From Octopus sinensis (lineage: Eukaryota), in assembly GCF_006345805.1 (NCBI RefSeq), contig NC_042997.1:172794001-172858000 (forward strand): a stretch of 64,000 bases of DNA, written 5' to 3'. Numbering within the stretch: position 1 is the first letter of the stretch; each line of letters opens with the position of its first letter. The notes beneath the pieces are model-generated. The model was not told the DNA's origin. It did not search any database and worked only from the letters and a program-made list of their open reading frames with translations. Shown here piece after piece: positions 38,115-50,358 of this stretch. The position numbers and the translations under genes were made by a program.

Positions 38115-38485
38115 GTAATAATAATACCAAAATAGCATTAACAACAACTACAATAACATATGCATTGAGCGTAGATACTCAGTTTGAAGTAATTCTGTTG
38201 GATAAATATAAAAGAAAAGAAAAAATCTACAATTCTTTAGATTCCTTGTATCTAAAAGTAGGAATAACCCTTAACTTTTGTAGGGAGAGAGAGACTAGCC
38301 TTTTTTTTATCATCATTTTTACAATGGACTATTAGTTTGAAAAAGCAAAGGTTAAGATTAGAAAGACAAAATTCCTAATTATTGGTCATAAAAGACTTTA
38401 TTAAATAGCAGTCTGTGGAATAAAAGGTTCCTTTGCAAAGCAAACCTTAGCTGTCTATAGAACAGCTGTGTGTGATTGTGCATAC

Positions 38486-38539
<54 letters not shown>

Positions 38540-39366
38540 ATGTATGTATGTATGTATGTATGTATGTATGTATGTATGTGTATATGTACAGGGAGAGAAA
38601 GGAGAGAGGAAGAGCGAGACAGAGAAAAGAGCATCTATGTAACAATGTAATTAATGATAAATTCCAAGCACCGAACAGAGCAATGAAACTGTCTAGCAGA
38701 ATGAAATTACCAATACTGATGCATACAAGTTTATAGGGCGGGCGTCTCCCTATGTCAAGTTAGGTATCTCAACATCTACAGATCATGTGGCAGTTATTGT
38801 ACATATACAACCAGAAACAACACGGCCATGAAATGGTTATTGACTGCAGACTTGATTGCTTCTTTCTAGGCATTAGAACATTAAAGGTATCTATAGAAGG
38901 ACATTACTTGTCAAATCGGTATTGTACATGCCTTCATTTTGATTACCAAAACTACAAGAGTTGAAAGGGTCAAATTGATAGTAAACTTTCTATCCAATAG
39001 ACATTATGGTAAATCACTTAAGAATATCAAATGTTATCGGAGTGATAGGTGTCTAATCAGAAGCACTGTAAAGTGATTATGTTATGGAGGTAATTTTCAT
39101 AAACGTTTACCCACACAAAAGGATGTAGATTAAGTTTAGAATTCTGTGCAGTACAACTTCTAATGATCTGCTGATATGTTTGCAGACGGGAATTCACATA
39201 CATATAATATAACTATCAGCTTTGTGATAGAAGTAGTAATTCTGCAAGGATTTAAATATGTGTGTGTGTGTGTGTGTGAATGTGTGTCTATATATATATA
39301 TTTTTTTTTTCTAGTTTCAGCTCAGAGCTGCGGCCATGCTGATGCACTGCCATTTTACTAAGATGC

Positions 39367-39438
39367 CTCCCCGGCGGGGAATCGAACCCTGGTCTCCCGC
39401 GTGACAGGCAGGGATACTTACCACTATACTACCAAGGA
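39367..39438 (-). tRNA. tRNA-Asp(GTC), possibly a pseudogene
   Basis: Minus strand TCCTTGGTAGTATAGTGGTAAGTATCCCTGCCTGTCACGCGGGAGACCAGGGTTCGATTCCCCGCCGGGGAG: 72 nt, cloverleaf, GTC anticodon; A-C mismatch in the T stem and a T-G pair in the anticodon stem. Confidence 0.88.
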
Positions 39439-39530
39439 CATATATATATATATATGTTAATTATATATATATAAATGTTTTTAAATTAACAATTGACATA
39501 AGTTACAAAGTGACTTATACATACAAATAA

Positions 39531-39591
<61 letters not shown>

Positions 39592-39594
39592 ATA

Positions 39595-39635
<41 letters not shown>

Positions 39636-39686
39636 ATATTATATATATATATATACATACATATACATATATATATAATTTATATA

Positions 39687-39901
39687 TAATATGTGACAAT
39701 TATTCGGTAGCCATGATAAAACTCCGAGTTTTGGATGCCGAGGTGGAAATCCACGCCACCATCTCTTCAGTTATCTGGCCATCGGAAAAAATAGCATTTT
39801 TTCCGATGGCCAGATAACTGAAGAGATGGTGGCGTAGATTTCCACCTCGGCATCCAAAACTCGGAGTTTTATCATGGCTACCGAATAATTGTCACATATT
39901 A
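39687..39901. mobile_element. 215-bp near-perfect palindrome (3-nt loop), Penelope-like pLTR fold-back
   Basis: Arms differ at one position, centre at 39794; the right arm runs on unpaired to ~39975. Confidence 0.85.
39809..39878 (+). ncRNA. Type I hammerhead-like fold, GAAA core mutated to AAAA (mirror copy at 39710-39779, minus)
   Basis: GCCA-GATAA/TTATC-A-TGGC stem I, CTGAAGA core, GATG..CATC stem II, ACT(CGG)AGT stem III. Confidence 0.6.
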
Positions 39902-40149
39902 CATTTACAGATAAATTCCTCTATTTACATAATATCGAGGTCTCTTTCATTCCTTTGTTGTCTTACCATTTTATCAATATTTTATTTATATATATATAAA
40001 TATATATATATTTTATTTAATTTTAAGGCTGATCTCAGGATCTTGAACCTTAATGAGGAGATGACAAAGGATTAAGATGATTGGTGGTATGCATTTCTTG
40101 AGAAGACGCACGCACCTTGGTGAAACTGAGATAATGAAAGTAAATCATA

Positions 40150-40440
40150 TGTGATACCTGTGCCGGTGGCACATAAAAAGCACCCACTATACTCTCAGAG
40201 TGGTTGGCATTAGGAAGGGCATCTAGCTATAGAAACACTGCCAGATCAGACTGGTGCAGCCTCCTGGCTTCCCAAACCCCGGTTGAACTGTTCAAAATTT
40301 GTAATTCTGACAAAAAATGGATACGAATTTCATTATATCAAGCAGCGAGTCAGAATTCGAAGGATTTTCTACTGAAGACCTTGATAAATCTAACTCTATG
40401 ACTGAAAAAAAAAGCACGTTGCTAGCATGGAAAATGGACA
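40150..40440 (+). mobile_element. RTE 3' end interrupted by a ~125-bp insert
   Basis: RTE homology at 40150-40291 and 40417-40440. Confidence 0.7.
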
Positions 40441-40469
40441 TTAATATATATATATATATATATATATAT

Positions 40470-40734
40470 AAACAATTGCAGTGTGGAAGATATTTGTAAG
40501 CCATTCAAGAACACACAAAAACCGTTAGTTTCACTTCAACATTTAATTTTCATCTGTGTCAAAATATTTTCATCACTTTGAAACCATGACCTGTTCACTG
40601 ACAAAACTTGGTGAGGTTGCGGTTTCAAAGCAACAAAAACATTTTGACACAAGAAAATTAAATGTTGAAGTGAAACTAACAGTTTTTGTATGTCCTTGAA
40701 TGGCTTACAAATATCTTCCATGCTGCAATTGTTT
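40470..40734. mobile_element. Fold-back element with ~100-bp inverted arms (Penelope-like pLTR or MITE)
   Basis: aaacaattgcagtgtggaagatatttgtaagcc... versus ...ggcttacaaatatcttccatgctgcaattgttt. Confidence 0.85.
40557..40603 (-). ncRNA. Type I hammerhead fold with G3:C8 core swap
   Basis: Minus strand TGTCA-GTGAACA-G-GTCAT(GGTTTCAAA)GTGAT-GAAA-ATAT-T-T-TGACA. Confidence 0.55.
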
Positions 40735-40779
40735 TTGTTTCAGCACACGATCTCAGATCAAGTCACTTGCTATGCAAGT

Positions 40780-40960
40780 ACATTTCTAAAGCACCCACTA
40801 CACTCTTGGAGTGGTTGGCATTAGGAAGGGCATCAAGGTGTAGAAACTCTGCCAGATCAGGTTGGAGCCTGGTGCAGCCATCTGGTTCGCTAGTCCTCAG
40901 TCAAACCATCCAACCCATGCCAGCATGGAAAGCAGACGTTAAATGATGATGATGATGATG
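40780..40960 (+). mobile_element. RTE LINE 3' end
   Basis: gcagacgttaaat(gat)n. Confidence 0.85.
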
Positions 40961-41361
40961 GCACACATTCACAAAACATACATATATGTGTGTGTGTGTG
41001 TGTGAACTACAACCCAATTGCCTCCTCAAGACATTCCTAACACTAACTGCAGAAGTGCATCCTTCAGCTTTACCCTAGTACTAGTTACTTCCCTCTTGCT
41101 ACCCAGAGCCATTTTAATTGTTATCCTTCCTAATGTTAACCACTTTGTAGAATGTACTGGGTGAATTTTCATGCCACTGACACTTGTGGGTTCACCAAGT
41201 AGCTCACAATCCAAGATCCCTTGATTAAGGGGGATATAGTATAGATGGTAGTGACTTATGCCCAATGTGAGACAACAGTGTAATAGAGAGATAGATAGGA
41301 ACAGGTGCTTTGCTATAGAGGAGATACATGGCTACACCAGTTGTTAAAAACATATATATCT

Positions 41362-41702
41362 TTTATCTTTTACTTGTTTCAGTCACTAGACTGCAACCAT
41401 GCTGGGGCACCACCTTGAAAAAATTTTTAGTTGAATGAATTAGCATCAGTCCTTTTTTATAAAGCTTGATATTTATTCTCTCAATCATTTTTTTTGTGAA
41501 ACCACTAAGTTACAAGGATGTAAACACACACACACACACACAGATTGGCTTCTTTCAGATTCCATCTACCAAATCCACTCACAAGGCTTTGGTTGACCTT
41601 AGGCTGCAGTAGAAGACACTTGCCCAAGGTGCCATGCGGTAGGACTGAACCCAGAACCATGGGGTTGGGAAATAAGCTTCTTACCACACAGCCCAGCCTG
41701 CA
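41362..41702 (-). mobile_element. SINE family A (degenerate)
   Basis: Family homology. Confidence 0.75.
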
Positions 41703-42080
41703 CTCCATCAGTTACGATAACAAGGGTTCCAGTTGACCCAATCAACGGAACAGCCTGCTCGTGAAATTAACGTGCAAGTGGCTGAGCACTCCACAGACAC
41801 ATGTACCCCTTAACGTAGTTCTCGGAGAGATTCAGCATGACACAGGGTGTGACAGGGCTGGCCCTTTGAAATAGAGGTACAACAGAAGCAGGAAGAAAGA
41901 GTTAGAGAAAGTTGTGGTGAAAGAGTACAGCAGGGTTCGCCATCACCCACTGCTGGAGCTTCGGGGAGCTTTAAGTGTTTTCACTCAATAAACACTCACA
42001 ATGCCCGGTCAGGAAATCGAAACCACAATCCTGTGACTGCGAGTCCACTGCACTAACTACTGGGCCATTGTGCCTCCACA
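41703..42080 (-). mobile_element. SINE family D (long tail variant)
   Basis: Reverse-complement homolog of 55537-55915. Confidence 0.85.
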
Positions 42081-42507
42081 CACATACACACACACCCTTA
42101 TTCGTAGGTAATACACTTAATCTATTGCTGGGTTGAACAGTGCCTTAGATACTCCTAGCACAGTGAACACAACTGCAACAAGCCATAGGGCAATATTCCA
42201 GTTTTAGGATAATTTTTCTCCTTACCTCACAACAGTATTAGGAGCCCTGAAAAGGCTCATGGGTGCTGCCTATCCACTTTTGATTAAACCATTAAAAATG
42301 TACTAGCAAACCATTAAAAAATACAGTAGTCTATATTATGAGTCAGTTACTGCAATTGACAATATCTACCAACAAGCAGTGAGAAAAGCAACTCTTTTTT
42401 GCAGAAACAGGTAGTCACTTACATGGACAAATAAATTATACATTATTTTGTTATCAACTCTATGAAGCTGTCAGTTCTCATTTAGAGAATTGTCTACTCT
42501 AATTCAT

Positions 42508-42552
<45 letters not shown>

Positions 42553-43344
42553 TCAACAATAACAATTTGTTTCTATAAATGCTAAATGATAATTTGCAAA
42601 TACAATAAGCTTCCTTGACTTATCATAGTAAATACAATTACTTAAAGCATGTGTAAATCATGCCAAACTGGAATTAATCAAAAAAGCTAAAAATGATAGT
42701 TACATGGAAAATGGTACGTTAATGTATTATAACCGAAAGGCATTTAATACCTGAAAAGAAAATGGTTATTTTCTTTGGAACTGAAGCCATATTTTTTTGC
42801 CTAGTTAAATTTCTAAATAAAATACAAAATTACACACACAAACATGTTTATATAAATATACATAAATGCATATATAAATGTGTGTATTAATACAATAGTA
42901 CCTACCTACCTACCTACCTACTGCTTGTGTCAAACTCCAGAAATAATATTTCAAAGAAGAAACATTTTAATTACAGAAAAGTTTATTATTTGACCTTTGT
43001 AAAATTTGAACTCAGACTGTAAACAGCCAGAATAATTGTCAATGTAATTTTTCTGATGCTCTAATGATTTTGCCAATTTGCTGCCTTAAATAAAAATTTA
43101 TATATTAATACAATATACTTCCCTACCTACCTTTTCAGTCATCATCCAGAAATTTTCTCACAAAAAGAGTTTATATGAAAGGAATAGTCTAATACAGAGA
43201 GACAACAGGATAATGCCAGTAGTAAGGGAGGCTGGAAGGCAAAAGCGGAGAGTAAAGTGTAGTGTTAGAATGAAACAGGGGGAGCTGAGCTAAGAGAAGT
43301 TAATAATAGTGTTATCCTGTCGTCTCTCCATACTAGACCCCAAC

Positions 43345-44267
43345 TATTGGGTTGTCTGGAAAGTTCGTGCTGATTTATAGTAGCTTACCTTTCAACTTTA
43401 TTTTAGAACATGGTTGAGTCCATAAAATAGGATTTTACTACACCTCCATTTAGAGCAAAGATTAAGCTATCTTTTTGTAGAAGAAGGTTTATGTTCCTAT
43501 AACCTGTGTTAGTTCTGTAACCCTTTAAAATGGAAGATTAAGAAAGTTCATTTTCGGCACTTGATAATTTGGGAACCAGACAAAAATTGCTGCAGCTTGG
43601 CTGGGATGTGTTACCCAACCCTCCATATTTATCAGATATTGCTCCTTCGGATTTCCACTTATTCAGGTCTCTGCAGAATAGTCTTAATGGTAAACTATTG
43701 GGTTGTCTGGAAAGTTTGTGCTGATTTATAGTAGCTTACCTTTCGACTTTATTTTAGAACATGGTTGAGTCTATAAAATAGGATTTTACTACACCTCCAA
43801 TTAGAGCAAAGTTTAAGCTATCTTTTTGTGGAAGAAGGTTTATGTTCCTATAACCTGTGTTAATTCTGTAACCCTTTTAAAATGGAAGATAAGAAAGTTC
43901 ATTTTCGGCACTTGATGCTTTGGGAACCAGACAAAAATTGCTGCAGCTCGGTTGGGATGTGTTACCCCACCCTCCATATTCACTAGATATTGCTCCTTCG
44001 GATTTCCACTTATTCAGGTCTCAGCAGAATAGTCTTAATGGTAAAAATTTCAATTCCTTGGATGACGTAAAAAGATACTTTGATAAATTCTTTGCCATGA
44101 AACCACCTCAGTTCTGGGAAGAGGGTATTTTCAAGTTAAAGGAAAGGTGGAGACACATTGTGCAACAAAATGGTTCATATTTGGTTGATTAAAAATGTAA
44201 TGGCAAGTATTTATTGACCTTTTTCTTTCCTTTAAAAATCGGCACGAACTTTCCGGACAACCCAATA
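43345..44267 (+). mobile_element. Internally deleted mariner transposon with a 351-bp tandem duplication of its 5' part
   Basis: TIRs TATTGGGTTGTCTGGAAAGTTCGTGCTGATTT / AAATCGGCACGAACTTTCCGGACAACCCAATA; left TIR repeated at 43696. Confidence 0.95.
43920..44192 (+). pseudogene. Mariner (DD34D) transposase C-terminal remnant
   Basis: TRQKLLQLGWDVLPHPPYSLDIAPSDFHLFRS...FWEEGIFKLKERWRHIVQQNGSY; N-terminus MEDKKVHFRHLML fused out of frame just upstream. Confidence 0.93.
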
Positions 44268-44746
44268 TATTGCCTGAGATACACCAACACATTATGAAAA
44301 GAGTGGTATTAGTTAATTTAAATGCAATATTTATGACAGCCAATATAATTTTGCTCACAAAGAAATGCATATTAGGTGTCTTAGATATGATAAATAAAAA
44401 GTGATAGGAAGTATGAGTAAAGAATACTTTTAAATTATTACTTGGAAAATTTAATAAGTTTTTTCACTCATTATTTTCCTATGTGTATTAAAATTTAAAG
44501 GGTAGGTACTAATGAACAAAATGAGTATTGAGCTTGATCAAGTTAGTGAGCATGCTGTCCCTACTCTTTTGCAATCTTGTGATGATTTTGGCACTGTGCA
44601 TGTCTTGAGAAGGGCATTATTGGTCTAAGTACTTTGCAAAGACATTTATTGTTTTTGTGTTTATGCCCTTATGGTGTCAGATGTGACCTAATTCTTTGTT
44701 AAATGTGTGTAGTACTGAATCTTGCCGCAAGTATCAGGGTGACGCT

Positions 44747-45104
44747 TACTCTTTTACTTGTTTCAGTTATTTGACTGTGGCCATGCTGGAGCACCACCTT
44801 TAGTCAAGCAAATCGACCCCAGGACTTATTCTTTGTAAGCCTAGTACTTATTCTATCGGTCTCTTTTGCCGAACCGCTAAGTTACAGGGACGTAAACACA
44901 CCAGCATCGGTTGTTAAGCGAAGTTGGGGGAACAAACACAGACACATATTCTCTCAGTTTCCATCTACCAAATCCACTCACAAGGCTTTGGTTGGCCCGA
45001 GGCTATAGTAGAAGACACTTACCCAAGGTGCCATGCAGTGGGATTGAATCTGGAACCATGTGGTTCGTAAGCAAGCTACTTACCACACAGCCACTCCTAC
45101 ACCT
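44747..45104 (-). mobile_element. SINE family A lacking its central microsatellite
   Basis: Family homology. Confidence 0.9.
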
Positions 45105-46046
45105 AATGATTCTTTGAAATTTTGAGGGGGGGAGATAAGTCGATTACACTGACCCTTGAATAGTACTTTATTTTATCAACCTCAGAAGGATAAAAGGCAA
45201 AGTTGATTCTGGTGGCATTTGAACTCAGGATCTAAAGCTGGAAGACATACCACTAAGCATTTGGTCTGGTGTGATGATGATGATCATGATGATGATAATA
45301 TCTAACAAAAGGACAAGGCTGGAAATTTTACATGAGGGAATATTGTGTTGATAATATCAACTTCAGTACTTGGTTGGTCGGCACTTGAAACTTTAAAAGA
45401 TGAAAGGCAAAGCTTTAAAAGATGAAAGGCAAAGATGACTGATGGTAGTTGAATTTCAGAATTATAATAATCATTTTATATCCATTCTTCATGCTTTTAT
45501 GGATCAGATACATCATCTTTAACTCAATATCTCATCTGCTGAGATGATTTGATATTTCCTTGATAATGTCCAACTCCTTAAGATAAGCATTTAATACATC
45601 TCATATCTTCCTCTTCAGCAGGTTCCTATCATATGAATTGCTTGGCAGTTCGTTACCCAATAGTCATTCTGCAAGTGTATCACTCGTTTTTACAAGTGTA
45701 ATGCACATTTGGACTCTGTTGTTCATGCATGCTGATATTAAACACACCCTCAAAAAAAAAAAAAAAAAAAACAGACCCGATTTTTCCCTAGCTTTTGCAC
45801 ATCTTAAACAATCAATGTTCATATTTCACTTCCATGCAATATTACACTTTGTCAAAACAGGTATCATACAACCTGTCCTTTACTTGAAGAGATAATAATA
45901 ATAATAATAAAAATAGCAATAACAATAATAAAGATACCAAAGCTTATAATTTGCAGAAAGAGACCTGTGAGACCTTTGACAACAGGTTGCTGTCCGCTCT
46001 CACAGAATTAACCAGGGCAAGTAAGATTGAGAGCTCTGAGAAGTAA

Positions 46047-46087
<41 letters not shown>

Positions 46088-46136
46088 TAATAATAATAAT
46101 AATAATAATAATGATAATAATAATAATAACAATAAC

Positions 46137-46329
46137 ATAACAAAAACACCAGGACTTACAAACACATATAACATACAGAAAATTGCACTACTAGGCACTG
46201 CACACATCCTACGCAGAACACTTTCCATACAATAACCATCAGAGCATCACAACAAATCACAGCACATACCCAAGGCACACAGAGCTGCGCTCGGTAGTGA
46301 AGTGAAAGCACGCTATAAAAATAAAACTA

Positions 46330-46332
<3 letters not shown>
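46137..46332 (+). mobile_element. R4/Dong-type (RLE) non-LTR retrotransposon 3' end within (TAA)n
   Basis: ITKTPGLTNTYNIQKIALLGTAHILRRTLSIQ* (46137-46235) resembles the QK..LLGT..ILR C-terminus of RLE elements; TAA runs on both sides. Confidence 0.72.
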
Positions 46333-46364
<32 letters not shown>

Positions 46365-46929
46365 TAATAATAATAATAATTTTCTCTTTTCTTTGACATA
46401 ACTTTAGTTTGTAAATGAACAATCTGGTGTGTTTATTTTAACGGTCTATCAATGTATACAGTGAGTTTATTTGCTCTAGGTGTTGGGAAGACACTTTTCA
46501 AAAAATGGAAGAAAAATTGGAAGAACTAATAATAATAAATGGAAGCTGAAATGCAAAACCTAACAACAAACTATTTGTGTCAATAATACACTGTGCTGGA
46601 TGGGATGGTCACAGTTGGAATACCTTTGATGATGATTAAAATAGGCTTGATCAGGACTGACATGTGGAGAAAAAAAGAAAACTACTATAACCCAACAAAG
46701 AAGTCTCTACGTGGTCATTAGAGCTGCTAGAAATAACAGTGAGAACTCCTTTATTTGTGAAATGTAGTTCTAAATACACTAGCTTCTGGAGGGTGGGCAA
46801 GATGAGATGATCACAACTAAAAACTTCTTTGATTGTAGGACTCTCTGGTAAATCCAGGCTGAGCTGAGCAGATAAACAAGAAGAACTAAAGGAATACAAA
46901 TACCAATATATACATTATATATATATATA

Positions 46930-47097
46930 TATCATCATCATCATCATCATCGTTTAGCGTCCGTTTTCCATGCTAGCATGGGTTGGACGGTTCTACTGGG
47001 ATCTGTGAAGCCAGAAAGCTTCATCAGGCCCAGTCAAATCTGGCAGTGTTTCTACGGCTGGATGCCCTTCCTAACGCCAACCACTCCGTGAGTGTAT
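46930..47097 (-). mobile_element. RTE LINE 3' end
   Basis: Signature sequence, inserted in TA repeat. Confidence 0.88.
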
Positions 47098-47099
47098 AT

Positions 47100-48755
47100 A
47101 TCATCATCATCATCATCATCATTTAACGTCCGCTTTCCATGCTAGCATGGGTTGGACGGTTCAACTGGGGTCTGGGGAGCCCGAAAGCTGCACCAGTCCA
47201 GTCAGATCTGGCAGTGTTTCTACAGCTGGATGCCCTTCCTAACGCCAACCACTCCGAGAGTGTAGTGGGTGATTTTATGTGCCACCGACACAGGTGCCAG
47301 ACGAGGCTGGCAAACGGCCACGCTCGGATGGGGTTTTTTATGTGCCACCGACACAGGTGCCAGACGAGGCTGGCAGACGGCCACGCTCGGATGGTGTTTT
47401 TATGTGCCACCGACACAGGTGCCAGATGAGGCTGGCAAACGGCCACGATCGGATGGTGCTTGTTACGTGCCCACAGCACGGAGGCCAGTCGATGCGGTAC
47501 TGGCTACGGCCATGTTCGGATGGTTTTTCTTGTGTGCCACGTGCCACCGGCACTGGTACCACAAGGATACAAATTCCATTGATGTTCATCTATTTTGATT
47601 TGTTTTGATTTTGATTTTGATTTTCACTTGCCTCAACAGGTCTTCACAAGTGTCACAAGAAGGAAGGTATGCACAGGTGGACTGACTACGTCCCTGGTAG
47701 GGGCCATGGTTATGGCCTGACTAGTCTTGCCGGGTCTTCGGATGGTGTTTTTATGTGCCACCGACACAGGTGCTAGATGAGGCTGGCGAACGGCCACGAT
47801 CGGATGGTGTTTGTCATGTGCCCACCGCACTGACGGATTTCTTGTGTGCCACAGGCACTGGTACCACAGGCACTGGTACCACAAGATACAAATTCCATTG
47901 ATGTTCATCTATTTTGTCTATTTTGATTTGATTTGATTTGATTTGATTTGATTTTCACTTGCCTCAACCGATCTTCACAAGTGTCACAAGAAGGAAGGTA
48001 TGCACAGGTGGACTGACTAGTCTTGCCGGGTCTTCGGAAGGTGTTTTTATGTGCCACCGACACAGGTGCCAGATGAGGCTGGCGAACGGCCATGATCGGA
48101 TGGTGTTTGTTACGTGCCCACAGCACGGAGGCCGGTCGATGCGGAACTGGCTACGGCCACGTTCGGATGGTTCTCTTGTGTGCCACCGGCACTGGTACCA
48201 CAGAGTGTGTGCCACCGGCACTGGTACCACAAAGATACAAATTCCATTGATGTTCATCTATTTTGATTTGTTTTGATTTGATTTTGATTTTGATTTTCAC
48301 TTGCCTCAACAGGCCTTCACAAGTATCACAAGGAGGAAGGTATGCACAGGTGGACTGACTACATCCCAGGTAGGGGCCATGGTTTATGGCCTGACTAGTC
48401 TTGCCGGGTCTTCGGATGGTGTTTTTATGTGCCACCGACACAGGTGCTAGATGAGGCTGGCGAACGGCCACGACCGGATGGTGTTTGTTACGTGCCCACA
48501 GCATGATGGCCAGTGATGCGGAACTGGCTACGGCCATGTTCGGATGGATTCTTGTGTGCCACCGGCACTGGTACCACAAGCGGTACTGACTACTTTTTAT
48601 GTGCCACCGACACAGGTGCTAGATGAGGCTGGCGAACGGCCACGACCGGATGGTGTTTGTTATGAGCCCACAGCACGATGGCCAGTGATGCGGTACTGAC
48701 TACGGCCACGTTCGGATGGATTCTTGTGTGCCACCGGCACTGGTACCACAAGCGG
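47100..48755 (-). mobile_element. RTE LINE 3' UTR with serial internal tandem duplications
   Basis: ~62-bp unit (tttttatgtgccaccgacacaggtgc...cggatg) and ~300-370-bp blocks repeated several times. Confidence 0.9.
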
Positions 48756-48788
<33 letters not shown>

Positions 48789-48858
48789 TATACATACCTA
48801 TATATATATATATATAATATATTATATATATATAATATATTATATATATACATACATA

Positions 48859-48896
<38 letters not shown>

Positions 48897-48928
48897 CATA
48901 CTTTTATATATATATATATACATACATA

Positions 48929-48999
<71 letters not shown>

Positions 49000-49019
49000 C
49001 CTATATATATACACATACC

Positions 49020-49545
49020 TGTATATATATATACACACATACCTCATCCGTTCGTGGCCGTTCGCCAGCTCTGTCTGGCACCTGTGCAGGTGGCACGTAA
49101 AAAACACCCACTACACTCGCGGAGTGGTTGGCGTTAGGAAGGGCATCCAGCCGTAGAAACACTGCCAGATCTGACTGGGCCTGACGAAGCCTTCCAGCTT
49201 CACAGACCCCAGTTGACCCGTCCAACCCATGCTAGCATGGAAAGCGGACGCTAAACGATGATGATGATGATGATGATATATATATATATATATATATATA
49301 AGTTCAGCAAAAATTTAGATTTTGGATATATATATATATATACAGGTGGCACGTAGGTGCAGGTGGCACGTAAAAAGCACCCACTACACTCACGGAGTGG
49401 TTGGCGTTAGGAAGGGCATCCAGCTGTAGAAACATTGCCAAATTAGACTGGAGCCTGGTGCAGCCTTCTGGCTTCCCAGAACCCCGGTCGAACCGTCCAA
49501 CCCATGCTAGCATGGAGAACGGACGTTAAACGACGATGATGATGA
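49020..49545 (+). mobile_element. Two consecutive RTE LINE 3' ends
   Basis: GAT tails at ~49257-49276 and ~49531-49545. Confidence 0.88.
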
Positions 49546-49557
49546 TACACACATACC

Positions 49558-49592
<35 letters not shown>

Positions 49593-49664
49593 CTATATAT
49601 ATATATATACACATACCTATTTATATACATAATATATATATATGTACACACACACACACATACC

Positions 49665-49716
<52 letters not shown>

Positions 49717-50169
49717 CAAAGAAAATCAACCCCTTACCTTTGTTGCTTTGGTGTTTTCTTTTGTTAATTGCATTTACTTTCATCACATTCTAACAATCTG
49801 TTGCAGTCAGATTTACACAATAATGTTGTACAACAAAGGAACAAGAAAAACAAGAACAAAAAAAAACAAAAAAAAACAAGTCTTTGTACCAATAAAACAT
49901 TTTGTAATTTTGTCTTTTTAAAAGAGAAGCTAAAGAACTTGGAATTCATGTAATTAAATCTGACATAAAATAAAACCAGAATATTTCAAGAATTTTCTCT
50001 TTTGTGACACATACAATGACCAGGTTATTGACTATTGGACCGGTGTTCTTGTGTTTCTCACTCCACTCTATGTATGTGTATATTAAAGATGTATATTCAT
50101 ATATATAGATACACACATATATACACATACGTTTAAAAAAATGTATACATATATATATATGTGTGCCTG

Positions 50170-50327
50170 TGTATACATACATACATACATACATACACAC
50201 ACACAAACACATACATACATACATACACACAGACACACACACAAACATACATACACACATACATACATACATACGTACATACATACATACATACATACAT
50301 ACATACATACATACATACATACATACA

Positions 50328-50356
<29 letters not shown>
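50170..50356. repeat. (TACA)n/(CA)n microsatellite
   Basis: Direct reading; source of many spurious ORFs. Confidence 0.95.

Positions 50357-50358
<2 letters not shown>

Noticed and set aside
46651-46899. 82-aa minus-strand ORF with a good acceptor (LSLDLPESPTIKEVF...)
   Set aside because: No convincing donor or recognisable domain; cannot be supported without RNA data.
47100-48755. Regularly repeated ~62-bp units resembling a CRISPR-like array
   Set aside because: No unique spacers; units are internal duplications of an RTE 3' UTR in eukaryotic DNA.
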